Below, one piece after another: positions 21,039 to 30,873 of a stretch of 64,000 nt of DNA (positions are counted from its first letter, which is position 1; every line of letters begins with the position of its first letter). The notes below the pieces were generated by a model. It worked only from the letters and a program-made list of their open reading frames with translations. It did no database searches and had not been told where the DNA came from. A program made the translations under genes and the position numbers. Origin of the DNA: a virus (taxonomy: Duplodnaviria; Heunggongvirae; Uroviricota; Caudoviricetes); IMG/VR virus record IMGVR_UViG_649989924_000003; one strand, written 5' to 3'.

Positions 21039-21328
21039 AATTCTATATTTGTCATTTTATGATATAATAAATATGTACCTTTAGTACGAATTGTTTTTTT
21101 GTGATTCATATTGACTTTCCCTCCCTTTTATTGAGGATAGAAATAACATATCAGCTTATTTTATCCTACTAGAGTTTATATCCAATCACAAGACCTATAC
21201 AAATGAGTTATCTCCCTAACAAGTTTGTATATCATGTCATTAATTTGACTTTGAAAGTAATTGATTTTAAGAGACAGCATATAATATGTCTCGTCCGAAG
21301 CCCCTCATCTAGGGGCCCTTTTTTATAT

Positions 21329-22024
21329 CTATATATTGACATTCGTATCTACATTCTCATTAAAATCAATCATATTTCCACTCACTGCATTATAAAATTC
21401 CTCATTTTCATCAAAAGGTATAAACCATTGCTGTTTCTTATCATCATAATAAAACTCAACAATAAATGTTTTCTGATAATTTCTTTTTATTGTATGGACT
21501 GCGGATTTAATCTTTTCAATATTACGAGTTAAAAATTCCTCATGATTATAATTTATATCTATCTGTGTATCATCGTTCACAAGCTGCTCGATAATCTTAT
21601 CTAATATCTCTAAATTATTATATGTCGTTACAGTTATCTTTGCTTTGGAATAAGGAATATGACTTGACCAGTTATCAACTGTCATTGTCTGTATTTGATA
21701 AGAAACATTCCCGTATATATGTTCTTCTATTATATTGTGAATATCCTGATTATTTTCAAATCCTGTCTCAATAATAAACCTTTCTGGAGCGGTTTGAGAA
21801 ATCTCTGCAATTTCTTCAACGTTTTTATTATTCCATGCTATAAATAGCGATTCTACTTTAGCCTGAATTTGAGTCCGCTGCCTATAATTATCTTTTAGCA
21901 CTCCTATAACCAATAGCAAAGCGAAGCACATGAAAACAGACATTAGCATTTTTGCTATTTTTTTATAATTAAATAATCCCCATAAAATGAATGATTTTAT
22001 CTTTAGTTTTAATCCTCTTATCAT
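21329..22024 (-). CDS. membrane-anchored hypothetical protein
   Basis: N-terminal TM segment, 231 aa. Confidence 0.45.
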   Translation of the reverse strand: MIRGLKLKIKSFILWGLFNYKKIAKMLMSVFMCFALLLVIGVLKDNYRQRTQIQAKVESLFIAWNNKNVEEIAEISQTAPERFIIETGFENNQDIHNIIEEHIYGNVSYQIQTMTVDNWSSHIPYSKAKITVTTYNNLEILDKIIEQLVNDDTQIDINYNHEEFLTRNIEKIKSAVHTIKRNYQKTFIVEFYYDDKKQQWFIPFDENEEFYNAVSGNMIDFNENVDTNVNI

Positions 22025-22226
22025 TTGTCACCTCTCTCATTTCCTTTTTATTATATCACTATAATCACATTTCTATATTATACAAACTATAATTATAATT
22101 TTTTAGCATTTATACAAATTGTGATATAATATAAGTGTCTTTTTAATACGAATTTAATTATTATAATTACTTTCAAAACGTAAGTCCTAGTTATCCATAA
22201 ATCTAGGCAGAAGGGAGAAAAATTTT

Positions 22227-22751
22227 ATGGAACAATTTATTTTATTATCAGTTTATTCAGAGTATGAAAAAACATCAGAAATGATAGCTAATACTCAAAG
22301 ATTTATACCTTTTATTGCGCTTGCATTTATATTCTTTATAATTGTACTAGTTATTGTTGGAATTTGTACTGCCTTTTTTAGCTATAAGGAGCTAACTGTT
22401 AAAAGAAAAACAGAGCAAGCAAAAATTAGTGCAGAATTATTGAAAGCGAAATCAACTTTATTAGCTGCTCAAGCACAGTTTGCTCATGCTCAGCAAAAAG
22501 ATGTTGATAGTGTAACTGCAACTGCTTTAAGAACTGCTTTTGCTAAGATTAAAAGTCCTGAGGATGTTTTATCTGTTGTTGATTCAGCTGAACATCAGGC
22601 TCATTCTCAACTTTTAAAATCACCTCTTTTTGATGATGATTTCACTATTGAGTCTGAAGCAGACCTTAATCATTTTCTTGACCGCATGGCAGAAGATTTA
22701 ACTTCTGGTTTACAATCTCAAGATGTAACTGATACTATTCCCGTAGAGTAG
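22227..22751 (+). CDS. single-pass membrane protein with coiled-coil
   Basis: TM helix FIALAFIFFIIVLVIVGI then Ala/Gln-rich helix; RBS GGGAGA upstream. Confidence 0.5.
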   Translation: MEQFILLSVYSEYEKTSEMIANTQRFIPFIALAFIFFIIVLVIVGICTAFFSYKELTVKRKTEQAKISAELLKAKSTLLAAQAQFAHAQQKDVDSVTATALRTAFAKIKSPEDVLSVVDSAEHQAHSQLLKSPLFDDDFTIESEADLNHFLDRMAEDLTSGLQSQDVTDTIPVE

Positions 22752-22805
22752 GAATTCAAAATTCTGTAGCATTTGCTACAGTTTTTTTGTGCATTATTTT
22801 ATAAA

Positions 22806-23297
22806 TTATATCTTCCTATATTCTACCTTCAAATCTTTATCAAGCTTATAGGAGATTATGGAAGGAGTGTCTTTTTTATATGCATGGACATTCATAATAT
22901 ACCCTTCATCTATCTGATGAAATTCTATTGCAATTGGAATAATAGATGTTGTCTTTAACATATCGGATACTCTCCTATGTTCTATTTTAACACTTTCACA
23001 AATCCATAAAATGTTTGAAATATTTGTAAGTTGAGAATAGATAAGAACTTGTCCAAGGTGCTTAGAGTCACTGTTTTCATACTGATTCTCTACAATCAGC
23101 CCTCCTTCTCCCTCTTTCTCTTTGTATATCATATCTATTCTATACTCACCTATTGTGGCTTCTGTTTTAAAAAGAGAAATAGGATTATCAAAGATGTTGA
23201 GGGTTTTAGCTATATCTGGAATAAGATTATTTTTAGCCAGCCATGGTGTAAAATCTGTAGTCTCATTTGGGAAGATATCTCGTAAATCAATTTTCAC
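22806..23297 (-). CDS. possible PD-(D/E)xK nuclease-fold protein
   Basis: GEYRIDMIYK...GGLIVENQYE...GQVLIY resembles the D...E.K core of NucS/Hjc-like folds; weak. Confidence 0.3.
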   Translation of the reverse strand: MKIDLRDIFPNETTDFTPWLAKNNLIPDIAKTLNIFDNPISLFKTEATIGEYRIDMIYKEKEGEGGLIVENQYENSDSKHLGQVLIYSQLTNISNILWICESVKIEHRRVSDMLKTTSIIPIAIEFHQIDEGYIMNVHAYKKDTPSIISYKLDKDLKVEYRKI

Positions 23298-23329
23298 TCC
23301 TTTCTCACTCCTGGACGTTTGCCCAAATT

Positions 23330-23995
23330 TTACTTCATCGAAAAATCTAATATCTTTATCTGATTATCTCTTTCTTTTGTCTTTATATATAAATCAAAAT
23401 GATAAAACATTTCATATAATGAATCTTCCTCATAACAAAATAGGAATTTCTTCTCCTGCAAATCAAGTATGGAATATACCCCTGTACTATTCCCTAAGAA
23501 ACATTTTAATTCTATTTTTCCCATAGTTCCAAATAAAGGATTATAGTTAGCCAAATAACTTAGATAGGGAGTGAAAACAGCAAATTCACAAAAGCCATAC
23601 TCATCTATCAGAATATCTAAACAAAAAGATTCACCTTGATTCTTGTTTCTTAAAAGAGAAAAGTTATCACTATAATATAAAGAAGCCTTTGCCTTTTCTT
23701 TCTCCATTGGTAAAACATTCATTTTCTTTAGGCTTTTCAAAATCTTTTTAAAATCATCACCCACTACAAATAGATGCCGAATACTTCCATAATTCAATTG
23801 ATGGTTTCTTATAAGAATTTCTTCTTCAATACTTTTCAGGTATGTTTCTAGTTTCAAATCAAATAACCTCCATAAAAAAAGTGTCAGGCTTAGCACGACA
23901 CTTAAAAGTATAATATCTATATAGAATCTGCTTTGGCTCCTTTCTTTTCTTGATTTGTTTTTTGAATGCTCTTGATAACATCTATTTTTACACAA
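23330..23995 (-). CDS. N-terminally anchored membrane protein
   Basis: TM IDIILLSVVLSLTLFLW; overlaps the NTase gene 3' end by 79 nt, so the true start is likely internal. Confidence 0.45.
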   Translation of the reverse strand: MCKNRCYQEHSKNKSRKERSQSRFYIDIILLSVVLSLTLFLWRLFDLKLETYLKSIEEEILIRNHQLNYGSIRHLFVVGDDFKKILKSLKKMNVLPMEKEKAKASLYYSDNFSLLRNKNQGESFCLDILIDEYGFCEFAVFTPYLSYLANYNPLFGTMGKIELKCFLGNSTGVYSILDLQEKKFLFCYEEDSLYEMFYHFDLYIKTKERDNQIKILDFSMK

Positions 23996-24819
23996 TCTGA
24001 AACATAATCCTCAAAAAGAGAATTAAGTTTATCCAACGTTATATCATTAACTGTGAGAGAATTATTCTCCAGTAACTTGTTTATTTCACATTCGGCTTTT
24101 TTCACATATGTATCAGCCAAATAAATTGCTTCTGAATACTCTATTGGTGCTGTTTTATATTTCTTAATCTTATTTTTCTCTTTTATTGATAGAAAATCAA
24201 GATTCATAAGTGATTCAAAGTTTACTTTTCCATCTAATCTAGCAACTTCTGAGACCATTTCAGATAAACGTGCAAGATGATGCAACTGCTTTGGGTTATA
24301 TTTATAAATATCAAAAATTTCTTGTCCAGAATCTGTTCTCTTTTCAAGCCCCTTTCTTTTTTCATAAATAAATCCCTGCATTGACTTAACAAATCTTTTT
24401 ACATCCCGATTTGAGATATCGTCTCTCATTTCCTTCAAAGATTTTAAAAATAATAAAGTTCTAACACGTTGGTATTCCTTATTTACATAGAAATATGGGG
24501 TATATAATAACTCCAGATATGTTGGATTCATCTTATAAAGAAGATTTCCTAATAATCTAATATCTTTCACTTCAATATGACTCTTATCATTCATGACAAG
24601 TTCTTTAGAAATCATATTTGGTCTTTCAAGTAAGTCTTTAAGCGTTGGGATAATAAAGCACTTAACATCAAAATCACTGCTATAGTCGTCAGTATATTCG
24701 TCAAAACCATAATTCTGGGAACCTTGTAAACACATAAATGCAACATGATAATCAGTATTTTCTTTAAGCCAGTTCATTTTCTTTTTCATTTCATTTAATA
24801 CCATTTGTTTTTTTGCCAT
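23917..24819 (-). CDS. Pol-beta superfamily nucleotidyltransferase (ANT/CD-NTase-like architecture)
   Basis: GS-x16-DFDV motif (LQGSQNYGFDEYTDDYSSDFDVKCF) plus a ~200-aa helical C-terminal region. Confidence 0.5.
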   Translation of the reverse strand: MAKKQMVLNEMKKKMNWLKENTDYHVAFMCLQGSQNYGFDEYTDDYSSDFDVKCFIIPTLKDLLERPNMISKELVMNDKSHIEVKDIRLLGNLLYKMNPTYLELLYTPYFYVNKEYQRVRTLLFLKSLKEMRDDISNRDVKRFVKSMQGFIYEKRKGLEKRTDSGQEIFDIYKYNPKQLHHLARLSEMVSEVARLDGKVNFESLMNLDFLSIKEKNKIKKYKTAPIEYSEAIYLADTYVKKAECEINKLLENNSLTVNDITLDKLNSLFEDYVSDCVKIDVIKSIQKTNQEKKGAKADSI

Positions 24820-24863
24820 ATTTCTATCAATCCCCCTATCTCAAGTATTTCTTTACAACCACA

Positions 24864-24892
24864 ATTATAACATATAATTAGATTTTAGTCAA
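24864..24892 (-). promoter_or_regulatory. Consensus SigA-type promoter, copy 3 (minus strand)
   Basis: Reverse complement reads TTGACTAAAATCTAATTATATGTTATAAT; drives NTase operon. Confidence 0.6.
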
Positions 24893-24925
24893 TAATATGA
24901 ATTTTATTTACTTAGATAAATTATT

Positions 24926-26176
24926 TCATCTTAAAAAACCTGGTGGATGAATATCCATTCCTAACTGTGTTGAAAAATCAGAAAGCTCCTCATCTAGTAG
25001 ACTATGACCATATTTTATGCTTTTTTCTCCCCACCTCTCTTTAATTTCCTGAATAACCTCCTCTAAATGCAACTGTTCATAACGGTCCTCTTCATTAGCA
25101 GTATTAAATAGACTCATTTGATACGCATAAGTTTCCTTCTCAACAAGGCTGCTGACAGATATTGAAAGACTTCTTAAAGGAATAGCCATATTCCAATTAT
25201 CCCTAAGAAGAATCATTACCATATCCAAGATTTCCTGTGCTATGTTTGTAGGAGTATCTACTCGCTTTTGCCTGCTTAATCCCTGTAAATCCTTATACCT
25301 CATACCAATGGATATAACAGACCCTAGCTTATTTGATTGTCGCAATCGTTTAGCAACACTTTCTGCAAGCATTGACAGGACTATCTTTGCTTCCTCAATA
25401 GTATGTATATCATGTTTTGCTGTTATGCCATTCCCTACACTCTTTATCACTTGCTGACTTGAATTGACTGAGAGAGTGTCATAGCCATTTGCAAACAGCC
25501 ATACCATTTCACCATTCTTCCCCAGAAAACTCTTGATATATTCTTTAGATGATAATGCTAAATCTCCTAATGTATAGATATTTCTTTCATTCAATTGTGA
25601 TGATGTTGCTTTTCCTATATAAAGAATATCTGCAACGGGTAATGGAAAAACCATATCTTTAAAATTATCTCGTGTTATCACTGCAAGCCCTTGTTTCTTA
25701 TCTAAGTCACTTCCTAATTTTGCAAAAACCTTATTAAAGCTTAACCCCATCGATACTGTCAACCCAAGTTCTTTAAACACTCTTCTTTGAATCTCCTCGG
25801 CTAATTCCATAGCAGTCTTATGAAAAAGTTTTTCGGTTCCTGTAATATCAATCCAGGCTTCATCCAAGCCAAAACTTTCAACCTTATCACTATATTCTCG
25901 ATAAATTCTTTTGACTTCCTCTGTATAGAATAAATAGTCATCATAATGCGGAGGAACAATTAACAGTTCTGGGCATTTCTGAAAAGCGTCTCTCAGTGAT
26001 TCACCAGTTTTAATATGATACTTTTTAGCCAAATCATTTTTTGCAAGAATAATTCCATGCCTGTCCTCTTCATGACCTCCAATAGCCATTGGAACATTTC
26101 TTAATTCTGGATACATCATTTCTTCAATCTGAGCATAGCAATGATTAATATCACTATGGATTATCCATCTTTCCAT
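24926..26176 (-). CDS. Y-family DNA polymerase (UmuC/DinB/ImpB-like)
   Basis: N-terminus MERWIIHSDINHCYAQIEEM typical of Y-family; 416 aa. Confidence 0.85.
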   Translation of the reverse strand: MERWIIHSDINHCYAQIEEMMYPELRNVPMAIGGHEEDRHGIILAKNDLAKKYHIKTGESLRDAFQKCPELLIVPPHYDDYLFYTEEVKRIYREYSDKVESFGLDEAWIDITGTEKLFHKTAMELAEEIQRRVFKELGLTVSMGLSFNKVFAKLGSDLDKKQGLAVITRDNFKDMVFPLPVADILYIGKATSSQLNERNIYTLGDLALSSKEYIKSFLGKNGEMVWLFANGYDTLSVNSSQQVIKSVGNGITAKHDIHTIEEAKIVLSMLAESVAKRLRQSNKLGSVISIGMRYKDLQGLSRQKRVDTPTNIAQEILDMVMILLRDNWNMAIPLRSLSISVSSLVEKETYAYQMSLFNTANEEDRYEQLHLEEVIQEIKERWGEKSIKYGHSLLDEELSDFSTQLGMDIHPPGFLR

Positions 26177-26289
26177 ATGTCACCCTCCTTACAATTCCAT
26201 TATATATTCTTTACAGATAATGTGATTTATTATCTGTAATAATAAAACCCTTTTTTCGGTGTTAAAACAAAAAAGAGCAGCAATGCTAC

Positions 26290-26697
26290 TCATTCGTATC
26301 TATGTTTTTTCTTAGTACAATCTTTCCAGCTTCTGCTATATTGTCTTGATATGTCATCCCATGATGTTGGCAGGTTTTTTATTCTACCGTTTTTTAAAGA
26401 TAATTTTGTATTTGGATAATTCTCCTTATATTCTCTTCTCTCCTCTTTTGAAACTATGTTCTTTAAACTATGTGTAGTGTAAGGGGTTCTATAGTGTTTA
26501 TAATGGTTATGTCCAATATGAGGACAACTTTTGTATTTGCGTTTGTAAAATTCAAGTCTTTCATTGCGGTAATTATCATAGAGTTTTTGAAGATTAATAT
26601 AAGTTTTTGTATTATATTCAGCAAAAAGGAAAACTGTTCCCTTTGTACACATGAAATAATCATCTTGAATTATAAAAAAAATTATTTTTCCAAACAT
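26290..26697 (-). CDS. hypothetical basic protein
   Basis: 135-aa K/R/Y-rich ORF. Confidence 0.4.
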   Translation of the reverse strand: MFGKIIFFIIQDDYFMCTKGTVFLFAEYNTKTYINLQKLYDNYRNERLEFYKRKYKSCPHIGHNHYKHYRTPYTTHSLKNIVSKEERREYKENYPNTKLSLKNGRIKNLPTSWDDISRQYSRSWKDCTKKKHRYE

Positions 26698-26994
26698 CTT
26701 CCCAATTTTGAAAATTTAATGTATCTGAAAATTCCCATTTACTGTCTATGATTAATTTTCCATCTTCTGAAAATTTGTAAGTGGCAGAATAAATATCGTA
26801 AGTTTTAGCTTTATAATTTGAATGTATAGCTTTCATATCTTCCTCCTAAAAAAGACTATCTTTCCTTGAAAAATAGCCACTTCGTTATATATTACTATAA
26901 ATAGTATATCATGATTAAAAACATATTTAATTTTATCAACAGGTTTATTCTTATTTTTATAATTCAAGTTATACTTGAATCTATTTTATATTTA

Positions 26995-27262
26995 TGACAA
27001 AATAAAACTACGCAGACAAGTGATTACTCTGCGTAGAGGTGAAATTGCCTTTGGCTTGCAGGATAAAACCTGCCTTAAAAAAATGCTTGCCAAGTATCCT
27101 ATTCATCGTTTTTGTAGATGTCATAGAATGCCTGGCAACAAAAAACATGTCACTCATAAACACAATTATCTTTACCCTGATTGTAGATGTGACTATTAAC
27201 GTTGTCTCAGAATTTTGGAGACATGAGCCAAAATAGGCATGGGAGCGAAAGCTCCCTTTTAT
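26995..27262 (+). repeat. Structured direct repeat A2 (copy 2 of 2); peptide frame extended to 38 codons by an in-frame 63-nt insertion
   Basis: Same stem-loops and terminal terminator (GGGAGCGAAAGCTCCC+TTTT) as copy 1. The insertion is flanked by TTGTAGATG direct repeats and keeps the frame MLAKYPIHRFCRCHRMPGNKKHVTHKHNYLYPDCRCDY. Confidence 0.6.
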
Positions 27263-27373
27263 TATATCACATTTAGAAATTTGTAATGTTTTTTTTAACC
27301 TCTAAGAAATGCATATTGTATTTTTAGTGCTCATGGAAAATTATATATATCTTCTTTTTACATTATCAGCAAA

Positions 27374-27940
27374 TTATTTATTCTGAATGAATTGATTATC
27401 CAGGTACTTTCTTACATTTGTTGCAGACTGCTCTTGAATCTCAATAATTTGGGCACCATTTATATAGGCTATTTCTTTTAGTTCCCTACTGATTCCCGTA
27501 TAATCTGATGCTCCTACTACCAATAATGTATCTCCTTTACCTAGTTGTGAAACCATTTGTATCGCCTTGTTGTAGTTTGGTGCAATATCCCCATAAAGAA
27601 TAGGTTTATCTACAAGTAATGATGCATTATCTAATTCTTCTTCATCTGGAAGTGTTCCATGTAATTCTAGGGCATCACTTCCAGCATCCTTATGTAAGCC
27701 ATCAATATTCATTGTTATAATAGGAATTTTATACTCAGCCAGAGCTATATGAGCATCATTGGGCTTTGCTTCATTCACATTCGCCTTTAATTGTTGGATA
27801 ACTTCATTATATTCATCAGGAAAACTATTGGCATATTCTCTTGTCAGTTTATTTCTCAAGCCTTTCTGATTTTCAAAGGTTGGTATACCAGATTCTTGAG
27901 AAATACCTGCGCCAGTAAATGCTATTATCACCTTTATCAC
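27374..27940 (-). CDS. Sir2-family NAD-dependent deacylase/ADP-ribosyltransferase lacking the zinc-binding module
   Basis: FTGAGISQESGIPTF, PNDAHIALA, ITMNIDGLHKDAGS..LELHG catalytic His, LLVVGAS; no CxxC pairs; only 188 aa. Confidence 0.75.
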   Translation of the reverse strand: MIKVIIAFTGAGISQESGIPTFENQKGLRNKLTREYANSFPDEYNEVIQQLKANVNEAKPNDAHIALAEYKIPIITMNIDGLHKDAGSDALELHGTLPDEEELDNASLLVDKPILYGDIAPNYNKAIQMVSQLGKGDTLLVVGASDYTGISRELKEIAYINGAQIIEIQEQSATNVRKYLDNQFIQNK

Positions 27941-28010
27941 CTCAGTATATTTATGACTTTCTATACCATTAATTATATCATATTCATCTTTTCTTTATGC
28001 TATAATTTAT

Positions 28011-28730
28011 GTGAAAGGATGTTTGACTATGGAAAGCGATGAACTAGATATTTTAATGGAAGAATGGCAGGAATATGAAAGAAACCGCCTTGGGAATGAG
28101 TTCAAATATTTTATTAATGATGGATTTATTGATAAGAAGGCTTGGATGAATCAAACAGGAGTCAAGATTTGCTATTTTCTAAAAGAAGCCTATCATGATG
28201 AAAATAATGATACTCCGGAACATGTTCTTAATTGGATTAGAGATTGTATTCAAAAGGATGGTCCGACACATATGTGGAAAAAAGTATCTACATGGACTCA
28301 AGCCATTAAATTAGCTGAACTTTTAGAGATACCCGTGTATAATTACAAAGAAATTTACACAAATTGTAAAAAGAGAACTCGTGAAATCGCCTTTGTGAAT
28401 ATTAAGAAAAGCAATGGTTTATCTCATTCGGATTCAGAGGAACTGATGAAATTGGTAGAAGATAAGCAAACTGCTGAATATCTCAAAAAGGAATTAGAAA
28501 TTATTAATCCTGATGTTATTGTCTGTGGAAACACATTCAAATATCTTCAAAAAATCCTTGGTAATGAACTAACTGGGGAAAAGCCTAATGAAAAATACTT
28601 TGCATTTTGGAAAGATAGAATCATTATTAATTATTATCACCCAGCATCACGAACTTCACAAATTGTTAATTTCTATGCCTTAAGTGCAATTTATAAGGCA
28701 GCCATAAACGAAAGCAATCACAGCTTATAA
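28011..28730 (+). CDS. hypothetical protein divergent from the Sir2 gene
   Basis: 239-aa ORF with ATG 12 nt after a GAAAGG RBS. Confidence 0.5.
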   Translation: MKGCLTMESDELDILMEEWQEYERNRLGNEFKYFINDGFIDKKAWMNQTGVKICYFLKEAYHDENNDTPEHVLNWIRDCIQKDGPTHMWKKVSTWTQAIKLAELLEIPVYNYKEIYTNCKKRTREIAFVNIKKSNGLSHSDSEELMKLVEDKQTAEYLKKELEIINPDVIVCGNTFKYLQKILGNELTGEKPNEKYFAFWKDRIIINYYHPASRTSQIVNFYALSAIYKAAINESNHSL

Positions 28731-28852
28731 ATATTGCTTAATGCAAATTATAAAAAGAAATATAGGGAGTCAGTATGAAACGAGCCTCAAAATTTGGATA
28801 ACCAAATAATTGAGTTCACTTCTAAATAGGCTCCCTTTTTATTATTCTATAA

Positions 28853-30829
28853 TTATGCTTCCATAAAGAAGTTATTATCCAGTAATGATACCTCTTTAAC
28901 CTCTTTAGCCTTTTCTAAAGTTAGAATGACTTCTGCCTCTTCTTTATTATTGACCAAAATGCACCCTTGTCCTGTAAGCAGAGCTTCTAAATAAGTCTGA
29001 AGAGTAAATTGAGATACTTTTTTCTTCCCAGTTCCTTCATCTTGTGACCCATTAAAGATAAGAATCCTTCTCTTAACATCTATATAGCCATAATTCATAG
29101 CACGTCCAACTCCCTTTAAATGATGAGAAAAGAAACAATTCTTTTTATTATACAGTTTAACATCTTCTCCCAACTGGTTAACAGCTAGCATACCAACAAA
29201 ACACTCATCAATATCTTTGAAATTATCATATCCACTAAAGATATTAATAGAAGCATTTACAAAATCAAGTGACTGATTTTCTAAATCAACATCAATATAC
29301 TCTGCAGCATTGCTATGCGTAATGTCTCCTGACATAACAATTCCTTCTTTTTTATAGTGACTGTTCCACCCAATATGAATATCTTCCCCTTCAAGATTTC
29401 GTGCAAATGCATGTAAATCTATATCAACTCGTCTTTTATCATTCCAGTAGACAAAGAATCTCAATCTCTTCACAGCATCTGGAATCTTCAATGCTAATCC
29501 GCTTCGAATATAGCCTCCCTCCTGAGATTTTGAGTTCGTTTCTATCAGGGAGTTTTCAAGACTGATATTATTCATTTCAAGATATACCGAACGTCCAGTC
29601 AAAGCTGTTTTCAATGTTGTGGCTTTAGCTTCAAAGACTGCAAGGCAGATATTATAAACATCACGTGCTTCCTCCTCTTTTTCACCTTCAAACTCCTGAC
29701 CAAAATGAGTGAGAATGCTTACCAATGTCTGCATACTTAAGCTTTCAACATGCTGAATCAATTCCATCTGAATCTTTTCAGGAGAATATCCTAATCTCAC
29801 TAACCATGAAACCATTCTCAGTAGAGTTCCTGGATGCTGTCCAATAAAAGATACAGCATTTTCATCTTTTATAGAAAGCAAGTCATGAACTTTAGAATAC
29901 CAGGAATGAAGCTCCTTTTGTCTTAAAGACTTAACAGCCTGATTATGTTTTCGACTTCTTGAATACTCCTGATAATCAAGAGCCTGTAGTGCAAATAAAG
30001 TCTCTTCTCTTTTCTTATTCGAAATCATAATATTGACTTTGAAATCTGAAATAGGGAAACTTTCTAAAACCCTTACAAACATCTTTTTATTTGACTTTGT
30101 AAAATGATAATGGTTTCTTTTGTATACATATGATATGACTCTTAGAACATCCCCTGTATGCTGACAAATAGATGACATTGCCTTTATAAACTGTTCTTTT
30201 TTCATTGTCTCGAAAAATACCCAAGATAATTCCAATAAATTCTCCTTAAACTGAATAGAAGTATCTTTTAGGATATGTTCTGGGATATGAATACATGCCA
30301 TTGAAATCATTTCTTTTTCAGGGATTGTCATTCTCTCTCTCTTAGAAAGAATACGGATAAAAGGAGTTTGATATTGGTTTGTTTGGGGAATTAATTCTAA
30401 TACCTTAGCCTCCAATAATTTATCATCTTCTCTTGTTTTGATGCTTTCTTTAACATTAGGAAGCCAACCTTTAGCAACTTCTACAGGAAACAATGATTCA
30501 ACTCCATAAGTGGAGAAATAATGAACAAGCTGATGCATACGATATGTTGCTTCATCTATTTCCATAACCTGAGTTGGAAAATCAGGATACATAGGCTTTG
30601 CTGGTATTTCGTCCATTAGGGAAAGTAAAGAGTGATAAAAGGTATCTAGAGATAACGACTGAGCTAATAAAATAATATCTTTAGCATTTAATGTATAACC
30701 TAAAGAGAGCAGATTTTCATTTAATGTCACTGCTTTTGTCAAACGTTCATGAGTTAAAGAAAACTCCTCTGTGTTGTCATATAAAGCAATTCTTAATTCA
30801 GATAATAATAATTTTTCATATTTTTGCAT
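28853..30829 (-). CDS. Large protein with C-terminal TerD-like domain
   Basis: C-terminal ~190 aa match the TerD pattern: VDIDLHAFA..GEDIHIGWNS (DLDASAFLL..DFVFYNN), GIVMSGDITHSNAAEYIDVDL (GDNRTGEGDGDDExIxIxL), LDFVNASINIF. The N-terminal ~450 aa are unassigned. Confidence 0.5.
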   Translation of the reverse strand: MQKYEKLLLSELRIALYDNTEEFSLTHERLTKAVTLNENLLSLGYTLNAKDIILLAQSLSLDTFYHSLLSLMDEIPAKPMYPDFPTQVMEIDEATYRMHQLVHYFSTYGVESLFPVEVAKGWLPNVKESIKTREDDKLLEAKVLELIPQTNQYQTPFIRILSKRERMTIPEKEMISMACIHIPEHILKDTSIQFKENLLELSWVFFETMKKEQFIKAMSSICQHTGDVLRVISYVYKRNHYHFTKSNKKMFVRVLESFPISDFKVNIMISNKKREETLFALQALDYQEYSRSRKHNQAVKSLRQKELHSWYSKVHDLLSIKDENAVSFIGQHPGTLLRMVSWLVRLGYSPEKIQMELIQHVESLSMQTLVSILTHFGQEFEGEKEEEARDVYNICLAVFEAKATTLKTALTGRSVYLEMNNISLENSLIETNSKSQEGGYIRSGLALKIPDAVKRLRFFVYWNDKRRVDIDLHAFARNLEGEDIHIGWNSHYKKEGIVMSGDITHSNAAEYIDVDLENQSLDFVNASINIFSGYDNFKDIDECFVGMLAVNQLGEDVKLYNKKNCFFSHHLKGVGRAMNYGYIDVKRRILIFNGSQDEGTGKKKVSQFTLQTYLEALLTGQGCILVNNKEEAEVILTLEKAKEVKEVSLLDNNFFMEA

Positions 30830-30848
30830 ATCTGCACCTCCATTAATT

Positions 30849-30873
30849 TAAAAAAAGAGGAGTCAAAGACTCC
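30849..30873 (-). terminator. Intrinsic terminator inside the 5' leader of the TerD-like gene (attenuator or riboswitch expression platform)
   Basis: Minus strand reads GGAGTC-TTT-GACTCC then TCTTTTTTT, 20 nt before the GGAGGTG RBS and ATG. Confidence 0.6.

Noticed and set aside
21203-21532. 109-aa plus-strand ORF
   Set aside because: Contains an internal hairpin plus T-run (21297-21330) and overlaps the 3' end of 21329..22024; low-complexity AT-rich frame
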